Shown: positions 18,551 through 26,860 of the stretch, one piece after another
Layout: every line of letters begins with the position of its first letter
Numbering within the stretch: the first letter of the stretch is position 1
Assembly: GCA_964355645.1 (NCBI GenBank)
Contig: CAYHDI010000003.1
Location: 887 to 64,886 of the forward strand
Direction: 5' to 3'
Origin: an uncultured Candidatus Saccharibacteria bacterium
GTDB taxonomy: Bacteria > Patescibacteriota > Minisyncoccia > Phycocordibacterales > Zambryskibacteraceae
DNA length: 64,000 nucleotides
Position numbers and translations under genes: made by a program
The notes under the pieces: generated by a model
What the model was told of the DNA's origin: nothing
Seen by the model: only the letters and a program-made list of their open reading frames with translations
Database searches by the model: none

Positions 18551-19141
18551 ATGACCACTATCACTACCGCGGACATCAAAGCTCTTCGAGACGAGACAGG
18601 TCTTTCTATTATGCAATGTCGCAAAGCCTTGGAAGATGCGGGGGGAGATAACGAAAAGGCCCGTATTATTCTACAGAAAAAAGGTGGAGAAATTGCGGCC
18701 AAAAAAGGTGACAGAACCTTGGGCTCGGGTGCTGTGGCTACTTATCTCCACGCTTCAGGGGCCATAGGCACCATGGTTGAACTTTCGTGCGAGACTGATT
18801 TCGTAGCCAAAAATCCTGAATTTCAGGCCATTGCTCGAGATGTTGCCATGCAGGTCGCTGCTACCAACCCAAGCTACCTTAAACGTGAGGATATTTCAGA
18901 AGCTGATAGAATGAAGGTAGCTGAGACATTTAAATCTGAAGTAGAAGGGAAGCCAGAAGAGATGAAAGAGAAAATACTTTCAGGCAAGGTTGATTCATAC
19001 TTCGCAGACAAAGTACTTCTTGAACAGCCGTTTATCAAAGATCCTGAGAAGAAGATTATTGACCTTGTGAATGGCGCTGTGCAAAAGTTCGGTGAGAGAA
19101 CAGAGATTCGTCGCTTTGCAAGGTTCTCGGTTTCTGAATAA
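18551..19141 (+). CDS. tsf: Elongation factor Ts (short form)
   Basis: N-terminal UBA-like IKALRDETGLSIMQCRKALEDAGGDNEKA; rpsB-tsf synteny. Confidence 0.9.
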   Translation: MTTITTADIKALRDETGLSIMQCRKALEDAGGDNEKARIILQKKGGEIAAKKGDRTLGSGAVATYLHASGAIGTMVELSCETDFVAKNPEFQAIARDVAMQVAATNPSYLKREDISEADRMKVAETFKSEVEGKPEEMKEKILSGKVDSYFADKVLLEQPFIKDPEKKIIDLVNGAVQKFGERTEIRRFARFSVSE

Positions 19142-19158
19142 AATCCTTAAATAAATTT

Positions 19159-19557
19159 ATGGCTCTCATTATTATCTTTGCTCTTTCTGGAATCTGCCTA
19201 ATCATCCTTCTTTCGACCAAGATGCGCGAAATCAAGCACCAGAGAACCATTTTCCCTCTAAATTTTATTTCTAGAAGCGATCATCGAATTAGAGAAGTTT
19301 CTCATTTAGCCACGAAGCATTATTCTGAACTCAAAGAGAAAGGTGAATTTGTGTTGACCAAACAAATACCCCTGCACTCAAAAAATATTTTAAACAAAAC
19401 CAAAACTTTAATTAATGAAAAGATAGAAAAACATTTAGGAGATATTAGAAATACTAGATTACTAGGAGATAAAAAAGATGGTATTTCTGAATTCTTCAAA
19501 AATCTTTCAGACAAGGAGAATGGAGATTCCCAAAATGATTCGGATAAGGTAGAGTAA
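19159..19557 (+). CDS. Hypothetical membrane-anchored protein (132 aa)
   Basis: N-terminal TM helix then charged Lys/Glu-rich region; no recognisable domain. Confidence 0.4.
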   Translation: MALIIIFALSGICLIILLSTKMREIKHQRTIFPLNFISRSDHRIREVSHLATKHYSELKEKGEFVLTKQIPLHSKNILNKTKTLINEKIEKHLGDIRNTRLLGDKKDGISEFFKNLSDKENGDSQNDSDKVE

Positions 19558-19570
19558 GACAACGCCACTT

Positions 19571-19619
19571 CCGACGCTTCTGTTGAAGGTCGGAACCCCG
19601 ACCACTGTGTGCGTCGGGG
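19571..19619. repeat. GC-rich double-hairpin mini-repeat, copy A (intergenic)
   Basis: hairpins ccgac-N13-gtcgg and ccccgac-cactgtgtgc-gtcgggg; related copies at 50672-50719 and 53367-53410. Confidence 0.5.
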
Positions 19620-19629
19620 CTTAGCCAAA

Positions 19630-19890
19630 ATGCCATTTGTTTATATACTCAAAAGTTCTTCAGGTAAGTATTATGTAGGTAGCACTCTAGATCTTAGAAA
19701 GAGATTGAGAGATCATCGTAGTGGCCAAACATATTCAACAAATAGGATGGGAGAGTTAAATTTGATTTTTTCTCAAGAATACTCTAGTCTAAGTGATGCT
19801 CGTTCAGTTGAGAGAAAACTTAAGAAACTAAAAAGGAGGGACTACATTGAGAATATCATTAATGAAGGAAAGATTAAGTTGAGACCGTAA
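19630..19890 (+). CDS. GIY-YIG nuclease-domain protein (small, stand-alone)
   Basis: PFVYILKSSSGKYYVGSTLDLRKRLRDH = GIY-YIG motifs; start taken at MPFVYIL. Confidence 0.7.
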   Translation: MPFVYILKSSSGKYYVGSTLDLRKRLRDHRSGQTYSTNRMGELNLIFSQEYSSLSDARSVERKLKKLKRRDYIENIINEGKIKLRP

Positions 19891-19893
19891 ATT

Positions 19894-19966
19894 GCCACCT
19901 TAGCTCAGTTGGTAGAGCAACGCTTTTGTAAAGCGAAGGTCCCCAGTTCAAGTCTGGGAGGTGGCT
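19894..19966 (+). tRNA. tRNA-Thr (anticodon UGU)
   Basis: cloverleaf: acceptor gccacct/aggtggc, D-arm gctc-agttggta-gagc, anticodon loop ttTGTaa, T-arm cccag-ttcaagt-ctggg; no encoded CCA. Confidence 0.85.
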
Positions 19967-19975
19967 CTAGTTTCT

Positions 19976-21508
19976 ATGGATTATATACACACACCATATT
20001 TTAGAGTTGGTCGGGCCAGTGATCTGCAGGGCACTGATAAATTGATTTACCGTTTGCTTGAAATTTTACCCGGTTTCCTCTCGTGGGGGACAATCTTGGG
20101 AACAATTTTTCTCTCTTTGTTTTTTCCTGTCTTTGCGGCTTATTTTATTATCGCTTTTGATACTTATTGGATTCTCAAGACGGCTTACTTGTCATTTCAT
20201 CTTCGCCACAATTGGAAACGTATTAAATTCAATCTGGCATTGAATTGGAGAGAAATGCTTTCAAAAGTGAAATATGAACATATTTTTCATTTAATTATTT
20301 TGCCGTACTACACAGAGGATCTTGTCGTTGTTGAGCACAGCGTCAAAGCGCTTTTAGAAACTGACTATGACAAGAGTAAAATGATTTTGGTTTTAGCCAC
20401 AGAAGAGAAAGGCGGAGAAAAACCCCAAGAAATAGCCAAATTTATAGAAAAACATTATGGAAGTAAGTTCGGATATTTCTTAACCACCGTTCATCCAAAA
20501 GACACATTGGGTGAAATGCCGGGCAAGGGTTCAAATATATCTTATGCTGCTGAGGAAGCGAGAAAATTAATACTTGATGAACACAATTTATCGTACAGAG
20601 ATATTGTTGTCTCTGCTTTTGATGTGGATACGGTGGCGTATAAGGAGTATTTCCTTTGTTTGACGTGGCATTTTCTCACCAACCCGAATCCTTTCAAAGT
20701 TTCTTTCCAGCCTGTGCCGTTTTATAACAACAACATTTGGTATGCCCCCGCTTTTTCTAGAGTAGCAGCGGGTTCAAGCACTTTCTGGCAAATGATGCAG
20801 CAAGAACGTCCAGAAAAATTGGCTACTTTCTCTTCTCATTCTGTGAGTTTCCAATCTTTATACGAAATAGGGTATTGGCAGAAAAATATGGTGTCTGAAG
20901 ATTCGCGCATCTTCTGGAATCTTTTCCTAGCTCACAACGGTGACTATAGTGTTGTGCCTCTGTCTTACCCTGTATCCATGGATGCTAATTTGGCTCCGAC
21001 TACATGGCAAACTGTCAAAAATATTTATAAACAACACAGACGTTGGGCTTGGGGTGTGGAAAATATTCCTTATATGCTTTTTGGATTTATAAAAAACAAA
21101 AAAATTCCTTGGGGGACAAAATTGAGAGCATCTTTTGTTCAGGTGGAAGGTTTTTGGTCTCTGGCTACGAACCCACTCATGATATTTATGCTTGGCTGGT
21201 TGCCGGTAATGCTCGGTGGTATGCGTTTTAATCAAACCATTCTCTCGTATAACCTTCCTATGTTCACTCGTAATATGATGTTTTTTGCCATGATTGGTTT
21301 GGTTCTTTCTGCTATGATTTATATCTCCTTTCTCCCCGAAAGGCCCAAAAATTTCAAGGGGACAAATAAACTTTTTATGATTTTGCAATGGCTTTTGATA
21401 CCCATAACCATTACTATTTTCGGAGCTATTCCTGGGCTTGATGCTCAAACTCGTTTGATGCTCGGGCGATATATGGGATTTTGGGTTACTCCCAAATATA
21501 GAAAATAA
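19976..21508 (+). CDS. Family-2 glycosyltransferase, processive (cellulose/chitin-synthase-like) integral membrane protein
   Basis: QxxRW motif QHRRWAWG, DxD-like SAFDVDT, multiple TM helices N- and C-terminal; start at MDYIHTP just 3' of the tRNA. Confidence 0.7.
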   Translation: MDYIHTPYFRVGRASDLQGTDKLIYRLLEILPGFLSWGTILGTIFLSLFFPVFAAYFIIAFDTYWILKTAYLSFHLRHNWKRIKFNLALNWREMLSKVKYEHIFHLIILPYYTEDLVVVEHSVKALLETDYDKSKMILVLATEEKGGEKPQEIAKFIEKHYGSKFGYFLTTVHPKDTLGEMPGKGSNISYAAEEARKLILDEHNLSYRDIVVSAFDVDTVAYKEYFLCLTWHFLTNPNPFKVSFQPVPFYNNNIWYAPAFSRVAAGSSTFWQMMQQERPEKLATFSSHSVSFQSLYEIGYWQKNMVSEDSRIFWNLFLAHNGDYSVVPLSYPVSMDANLAPTTWQTVKNIYKQHRRWAWGVENIPYMLFGFIKNKKIPWGTKLRASFVQVEGFWSLATNPLMIFMLGWLPVMLGGMRFNQTILSYNLPMFTRNMMFFAMIGLVLSAMIYISFLPERPKNFKGTNKLFMILQWLLIPITITIFGAIPGLDAQTRLMLGRYMGFWVTPKYRK

Positions 21509-21511
21509 TTT

Positions 21512-22375
21512 ATGATGCAACCACTCTCAAGGAACAAAAGACGAGGATATATTTTCTTTTTCTCTCTACTTTTTATTATTATTACCCCGATCCTGATTCT
21601 CTATGCCACGGGCTATAGGTTCACCGATACTTTCTCTCTTGGGCGAACGGGCGGGCTATATATCAGCACTAATCAATCTGGGGTGCAAATTTATGTTAAT
21701 AATAAATTAATAAGAGAGACCGGTATTTTCCAGAAAAATATTTTTGTCCAGAATCTTAAACCAGGCACCTTTGCCATTGAGACTCGCAAGGATGGGTTCA
21801 TCTCTTGGAAAAAAGAATTAATGATATATCCAGAAACTGTCGCAGAAGCGCGCACTTTTATGTTGCCCAATGATGTCATTTTGAATGAAATATTGCCCTT
21901 TGTAGATACAGATGGTACTCCAACGACTTCTCTCACAATTCTAAAAACCAAAAATCCTGAATTTACAGACATTACCTCGATTTTTTTGCCTCCAAAAATA
22001 ACAAAAAAAAGTGCTACCACGACACTTGATACCAAAATTCTTGGAAAACTTTATTTGAAAAAAATATCAGGGAAACTCCATGCAAGCTGGATGGGGAATC
22101 AGGATGAAAGGCCTTTATATTTTTGTATAAATAATATATGTAGAAATGAAATAATTATTCAAACATCCTCCTCCGTGAGATCGTTTGATTTTTTCCCCGG
22201 GCGTTCTGATTTGGTGATTGTCGTTCTTGATTCTGGAATATACGTTACAGAAATTGACGACAGTCCAGGACAAAATACCCAACCAATCCTTAATGGTACG
22301 AATTTAGACATGCGAGTGAAAGATAATATTGTGTACATCAAGAAGGAGGTAACTCTGTATTCCGTGTCTCTATAA
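21512..22375 (+). CDS. Membrane-anchored PEGA-domain-like protein
   Basis: N-terminal TM; VQNLKPGTFAIETRKDGFISWKKEL resembles PEGA beta-sandwich motif; 4-nt gap to GT2 gene. Confidence 0.45.
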   Translation: MMQPLSRNKRRGYIFFFSLLFIIITPILILYATGYRFTDTFSLGRTGGLYISTNQSGVQIYVNNKLIRETGIFQKNIFVQNLKPGTFAIETRKDGFISWKKELMIYPETVAEARTFMLPNDVILNEILPFVDTDGTPTTSLTILKTKNPEFTDITSIFLPPKITKKSATTTLDTKILGKLYLKKISGKLHASWMGNQDERPLYFCINNICRNEIIIQTSSSVRSFDFFPGRSDLVIVVLDSGIYVTEIDDSPGQNTQPILNGTNLDMRVKDNIVYIKKEVTLYSVSL

Positions 22376-22511
22376 ATAAATTTATTGCTTGCAATTTATA
22401 AGCCAATAAGCTATTGTCGAAAAGTAATGAAAAGACAGGTCAATTCACAGGCATTCTTTTTTACCAGCCACATACAGGTGGGGCGGTAATTTCTTTTGGA
22501 TAAATATAAAA

Positions 22512-22538
22512 ACCGACCTCACGAGGGGTCGGTTTTTT
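22512..22538. terminator. Bidirectional Rho-independent terminator (aaaaaccgacc-tcacgag-gggtcggtttttt)
   Basis: 7-bp GC stem flanked by A-run and T-run. Confidence 0.55.
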
Positions 22539-22610
22539 GTTGGTGGTGAGTGGTGACGGAATGAATTGTTCGTTCCGTCACGGGTTCCCCAACCAAGCCA
22601 GGAGGATCAA

Positions 22611-22832
22611 ATGAACACAAGATGCAGTAAATCATCAACCGGATTTCACACTTTCGTGCAGGAAGTTGAACTTCCAGGAAAGTGCTGGAGACGGAGAGAA
22701 AAAGACGAAAGATTTCTTCCATTCACCAATAGTCGTATGTATTGCACTGCCTGTCATTTCACCACAGATATTGTCACATATGGATATGATGGAGGTAGAA
22801 AGATAGGCTGTCGCTCGGCATTTGGATTTTAG
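22611..22832 (+). CDS. Small Cys-rich ORF (73 codons) with strong Shine-Dalgarno in pheS leader region; possible leader peptide or zinc-ribbon-like small protein
   Basis: AGGAGG 7 nt upstream of ATG; six Cys including CTAC; ends …SAFGF-stop 10 nt before terminator hairpin; sub-ORF of track ORF 22566..22832. Confidence 0.3.
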   Translation: MNTRCSKSSTGFHTFVQEVELPGKCWRRREKDERFLPFTNSRMYCTACHFTTDIVTYGYDGGRKIGCRSAFGF

Positions 22833-22841
22833 GGGAATGTT

Positions 22842-22870
22842 GGGGTAGTGCCGTACCATTACCCCTTTTT
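22842..22870 (+). terminator. Terminator/attenuator hairpin 22 nt upstream of pheS start
   Basis: ggggtag-tgccgtacca-ttacccc then TTTTT; within an unusually long (516-nt) pheS upstream region. Confidence 0.55.
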
Positions 22871-22891
22871 ATAAGTTATAATTGGAAATCA

Positions 22892-24040
22892 ATGAAGGAA
22901 ATATACAAAATATCATTAGAAGAACAAAAAAAGCTCATAGAAAAGCTTGGAGAACGACACGACGCTGAAGCCATGCGCATCAAACACTATTTAACCATGC
23001 CAGACCTTTCTCGTACCTCCGGTAGCCCTATTGGTGAGGTGGTACAGCGTGTTTTAGCTTCTCCATATTTTAAGGATTTGGATGTCATAGAAGTGCCTGA
23101 AATAGTCCCTGCCGATATAAGCTTCGACCTGTTCGACTTTCCAGCAGATCATCCAGCTCGTTCCAAGTCAGATACATATTATGTAGATGATAAAAATATT
23201 CTTCGTACACATACTACAGTGATGTGGTATTACTATTTGCAACAGCCGGATGTTAAGAAACGCATGAACGCAGGTGAGCCAGTTGGCTGTTTCAGTTTTG
23301 GTAAGGTGTATCGCAAGGATGAAATAGATCGTCATCATATGAATGTCTTCCATCAAATGGACGGTTGGTATCTCATACCTAAAGATAAAAAAATAATTGG
23401 CATTGAAGATTTGAAAGACGCACTACTGGCTATTGCTACTGCGGTGTTCGGATCTAATGTCAAATATAGATTCAATCCTGATACTTTCCCATACACTGAT
23501 CCGTCCTTAGATATGGAAATAGATAAAAGTGGCAAATGGTTGGAAGTCTTGGGCAGTGGGGTGGTCAAAGGTAGTGTTCTCGAGAAATTTGGCGTGGATT
23601 CTTCCAAATGGAATGGTTGGGCATTCGGTCCTGGAGTTGAGCGTTTGGCTATGGTTAGTATGGAGCTTCCGGATATTCGTTTGCTTTGGTCCGAAGATGA
23701 AAGAATCAAAAAACAACTTAAATTAGGCAATAAATTCAAAGAAGTAAGCAAGTTTCCTCCGATTGTTCGAGATATTTCTTTCGTAGTGAACAAAGATTTC
23801 ATCCCAAACAATTATTTCGATGCTATTCGAGATGTTGGTGGGGATTTGGTCGAAGAGGTGGAGCTTGTGGATAAATACGAAAATGTTGAGAAGTTCGGTG
23901 AAGGTAAGGTGAGCTATACTTTCAGGATTACTTATCGTGATTTAAACAGAACCCTCACGAACGCTGAAGTGAATGAATTGCACGCGAAGATTGAAAAAGT
24001 CACAACCGACGATTTCGGCGGTTTAATCCGGATCGCATGA
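22892..24040 (+). CDS. pheS: Phenylalanine--tRNA ligase alpha-type catalytic subunit with C-terminal FDX-ACB-like anticodon-binding extension
   Basis: class II motifs FPYTDPS, GWAFGPGVERLAMV; extra ~95 aa C-terminal domain beginning SKFPPIVRDISFVV characteristic of the FDX-ACB domain of PheT / mitochondrial PheRS. Confidence 0.85.
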   Translation: MKEIYKISLEEQKKLIEKLGERHDAEAMRIKHYLTMPDLSRTSGSPIGEVVQRVLASPYFKDLDVIEVPEIVPADISFDLFDFPADHPARSKSDTYYVDDKNILRTHTTVMWYYYLQQPDVKKRMNAGEPVGCFSFGKVYRKDEIDRHHMNVFHQMDGWYLIPKDKKIIGIEDLKDALLAIATAVFGSNVKYRFNPDTFPYTDPSLDMEIDKSGKWLEVLGSGVVKGSVLEKFGVDSSKWNGWAFGPGVERLAMVSMELPDIRLLWSEDERIKKQLKLGNKFKEVSKFPPIVRDISFVVNKDFIPNNYFDAIRDVGGDLVEEVELVDKYENVEKFGEGKVSYTFRITYRDLNRTLTNAEVNELHAKIEKVTTDDFGGLIRIA

Positions 24041-24714
24041 GAGAACCTTGGATATACAGAGTTGGGTTGGCTGAAGATGAAGTAAGCAGAGAGGCCTTAG
24101 AAAAAAGTGGTTTCAGATTTTCTGTAGTTGAACCGAGAGAACAGATTGTTTCTTCAGTGAAATCTGTGATAGGCAGACCATATAAACGTGGAGCAAGTGT
24201 TCTCAAGGATGCACCGAACTTCTTTGATTGTTCGTCTCTCTCTGCTTGGACTGCAGTAGAATCTGGCCTTGCTATTCCAAGGATTTCTATTGATCAATAT
24301 GTCTTTTCTAAAAGAATTAACAAAGAAGATTTAAAACCAGGAGATTTGGTTTTTGTTAATACTGGAAATATTATTCACACAGACGGGACGTATTTTTCTC
24401 AGGTTTTAGGAAAGAATGTTTATGAAGAATCTATTCGAAGAGAAACGTTAGAATATTTGCCTGGTACAAAAGTTCCCGAAGGAGTAGATCATGTCGGAAT
24501 TTATATTGGAGACGGGAAAATTATTCACTCATCCTTTTCTGCAAACGGGGTGACGGAAGATACTCTTGAAGGTGGAAAATTTAGTAACGTTGTCGGTTTC
24601 GGAAGAATAATAAACGATGAAAAAATGAGATTTGTGATAGAAATTCCAGAGGATAGACCTGATTTACGTAAAAAAGAGAATTTGATAAAAGAACTTACTG
24701 GTTTCGTGGGCTAA
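24037..24714 (+). CDS. NlpC/P60 (C40) family peptidase
   Basis: catalytic Cys in FDCSSLSAW and His in DHVGIYIGDGKIIHS. Confidence 0.8.
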   Translation: MREPWIYRVGLAEDEVSREALEKSGFRFSVVEPREQIVSSVKSVIGRPYKRGASVLKDAPNFFDCSSLSAWTAVESGLAIPRISIDQYVFSKRINKEDLKPGDLVFVNTGNIIHTDGTYFSQVLGKNVYEESIRRETLEYLPGTKVPEGVDHVGIYIGDGKIIHSSFSANGVTEDTLEGGKFSNVVGFGRIINDEKMRFVIEIPEDRPDLRKKENLIKELTGFVG

Positions 24715-24772
24715 TTGAGCCATATTTCTCCACTTTTAGTGCTTCCATTTTGACTGGCATTTTGCTATAATT

Positions 24773-26860
24773 GTGGGTACAAAACACATGGCCAAAGACA
24801 AGGACGAAAAGAAAAAAAGCTCGAATTATAGCGCTGAATCGATTACTGTCCTTGAGGGCCTTGATCCTGTGCGTCGCCGACCGGGTATGTATATTGGGAC
24901 CACGGGTCCTGAAGGTCTTCACCATCTTGTTTGGGAAATTTTTGATAACTCACGCGATGAAGCGATGGGCGGATTTGCGAATGATATAGAAGTGACTCTC
25001 CTACCTGATTCAAAGATTCGTGTGGTAGATAATGGTCGAGGCATTCCTGTTGACATTCATAAACAAACAAAAGTTTCTGCCTTGGAAACCATCATGACCA
25101 CTCTTCATGCCGGAGGGAAATTCGGGGGTGAAGGATACAAAGTTTCAGGTGGTTTGCACGGGGTGGGGGCATCAGTGGTGAATGCTCTTTCTATTTATTG
25201 TAGAGCCGAAGTGCACAAAGATGGCGGAATCTATGTCCAGGAGTACGCGATGGGCAAGAAAAAATCTGCGGTGAAGAAAATTGGTACTACCAAACACAAC
25301 GGAACGATTATTACTTTTCAACCGGATCAATCAATCTTTCCTGAAATTAATTTTAGTTTCGAACAAATTGTCAACCATCTTCGACAACAAGCCTATTTGG
25401 TCAAGGGTATGCGTATAAACATCATTGATGCCCGTGCGGAAACGAAGATTAAAGATACCGAAGTGTTTTATATTCGTGAACTTGAGCTCGAGGTACCGTC
25501 GGTCTCATTTTATTTTGAAGGAGGGCTTATGTCCCTTGTGAGATTTGAAAATGATTTGCAGAAACCGATTCACAAAAATATTTTTTATGTAGAGAAAAAT
25601 TCTAATGGTAATGATTATGAGACAGTAGAAGTTGCGCTCCAATACGTAGATGACATTTCGTCGCGCATTCTCCCATTCGCGAACAATATTTATAATGCCG
25701 AGGGAGGCACCCATGTCACTGGATTTAAAACCACATTGACGAGAACCTTGAATACATATGCTCGCAAGAATAATTTAATAAGCGAGAAGGAGGACAATTT
25801 CACTGGAGACGATGTCCTCGAAGGTCTCACCGCTGTGATTTCTATTAAGCTTCGAGAAATTCAGTTTGAAGGTCAAACGAAGGGCAAGCTCGGCTCTGTC
25901 GAGGCTCAGGGAATGGTCACTACGGTCTTCGGAGACGCTTTCGGCATGTTCCTCGAGGAAAACCCAGATGATGCCAAGGCTATTATCCAGAAGGTAGTTT
26001 TGGCCCTTAAGGCCCGCAAAGCGGCCAAGGCAGCCAAGGACAGTGTTCTCCGCAAGGGGGCACTCGAAGGGATGACTCTCCCGGGCAAATTGGCGGATTG
26101 TCAGTCAAAGAGCGCCGAGGAATCAGAGTTGTTTATTGTAGAAGGAGATTCTGCCGGCGGTACAGCGAAGATGGGTCGCGATAGGAAAACTCAAGCTATT
26201 CTCCCACTCCGAGGGAAAATTTTAAACATTGAACGTGCACGACTTGATCGAATGCTCGCTTCAGAACAAATTAAAAACCTCGTGGTGGCTTTCGGTACAG
26301 CCATCGGAGATACGTTTGATATTTCTAAACTTCGCTATCACAAAATTATTATTGCCACGGATGCTGATGTGGACGGCGCACATATTTGCACACTTCTCCT
26401 GACTCTTTTGTATAGATTCTTTAGACCAATGATTGATGCAGGATATATTTATATTGCTCAACCACCTTTGTTTAAGATTCGCAAAGGCAAAGAGATTTTT
26501 TATGCTTATTCGGATGAAGAGCGAGACAAGATAGTGGGTAAAGATGTAAATGTCGAAGAAATTGAAGCCCCGACGCTCGTCGAAGACGAGGCCGGGGTCC
26601 CGTCTCCTGATGATGATCAGGACGTCGGGAAAAACAAAAAAACAAAAGTTTCTATTCAAAGATATAAAGGTCTCGGAGAGATGAACTCGGATGAACTCTG
26701 GGAAACAACCATGGACCCGAAGGTTCGAATTTTGAAACAAGTGATGATAGAGGATGCTCGCGAAGCAGACAAAGTATTCGACATCCTCATGGGCATGGAT
26801 GTACCATCCAGAAAATCTTTTATTCAAACGAATGCCAAGAAGGCTACGATTGATGTGTAA
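24773..26860 (+). CDS. gyrB: DNA gyrase subunit B (short form, no insert)
   Basis: GHKL N-terminus LEGLDPVRRRPGMYIGT, Toprim EGDSAGG, C-terminal QRYKGLGEM; likely start MAKDK at 24788; extended -10 TGCTATAAT at 24763-24771. Confidence 0.9.
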   Translation: MGTKHMAKDKDEKKKSSNYSAESITVLEGLDPVRRRPGMYIGTTGPEGLHHLVWEIFDNSRDEAMGGFANDIEVTLLPDSKIRVVDNGRGIPVDIHKQTKVSALETIMTTLHAGGKFGGEGYKVSGGLHGVGASVVNALSIYCRAEVHKDGGIYVQEYAMGKKKSAVKKIGTTKHNGTIITFQPDQSIFPEINFSFEQIVNHLRQQAYLVKGMRINIIDARAETKIKDTEVFYIRELELEVPSVSFYFEGGLMSLVRFENDLQKPIHKNIFYVEKNSNGNDYETVEVALQYVDDISSRILPFANNIYNAEGGTHVTGFKTTLTRTLNTYARKNNLISEKEDNFTGDDVLEGLTAVISIKLREIQFEGQTKGKLGSVEAQGMVTTVFGDAFGMFLEENPDDAKAIIQKVVLALKARKAAKAAKDSVLRKGALEGMTLPGKLADCQSKSAEESELFIVEGDSAGGTAKMGRDRKTQAILPLRGKILNIERARLDRMLASEQIKNLVVAFGTAIGDTFDISKLRYHKIIIATDADVDGAHICTLLLTLLYRFFRPMIDAGYIYIAQPPLFKIRKGKEIFYAYSDEERDKIVGKDVNVEEIEAPTLVEDEAGVPSPDDDQDVGKNKKTKVSIQRYKGLGEMNSDELWETTMDPKVRILKQVMIEDAREADKVFDILMGMDVPSRKSFIQTNAKKATIDV

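Noticed and set aside
15196-19557. Reverse transcriptase / Avd near the candidate TR
   Set aside because: I looked for YxDD-containing ORFs of 300-450 aa and a ~130-aa basic four-helix protein on both strands around the repeats; none are present. The only local ORFs are the toxin-antitoxin pair, rpsB, tsf and a small membrane protein.
22376-22891. T-box riboswitch upstream of pheS
   Set aside because: I could not find the AATTAGGGTGGNACCGCG T-box consensus or a specifier-loop context. A terminator is present, but the mechanism looks leader-ORF-like instead.
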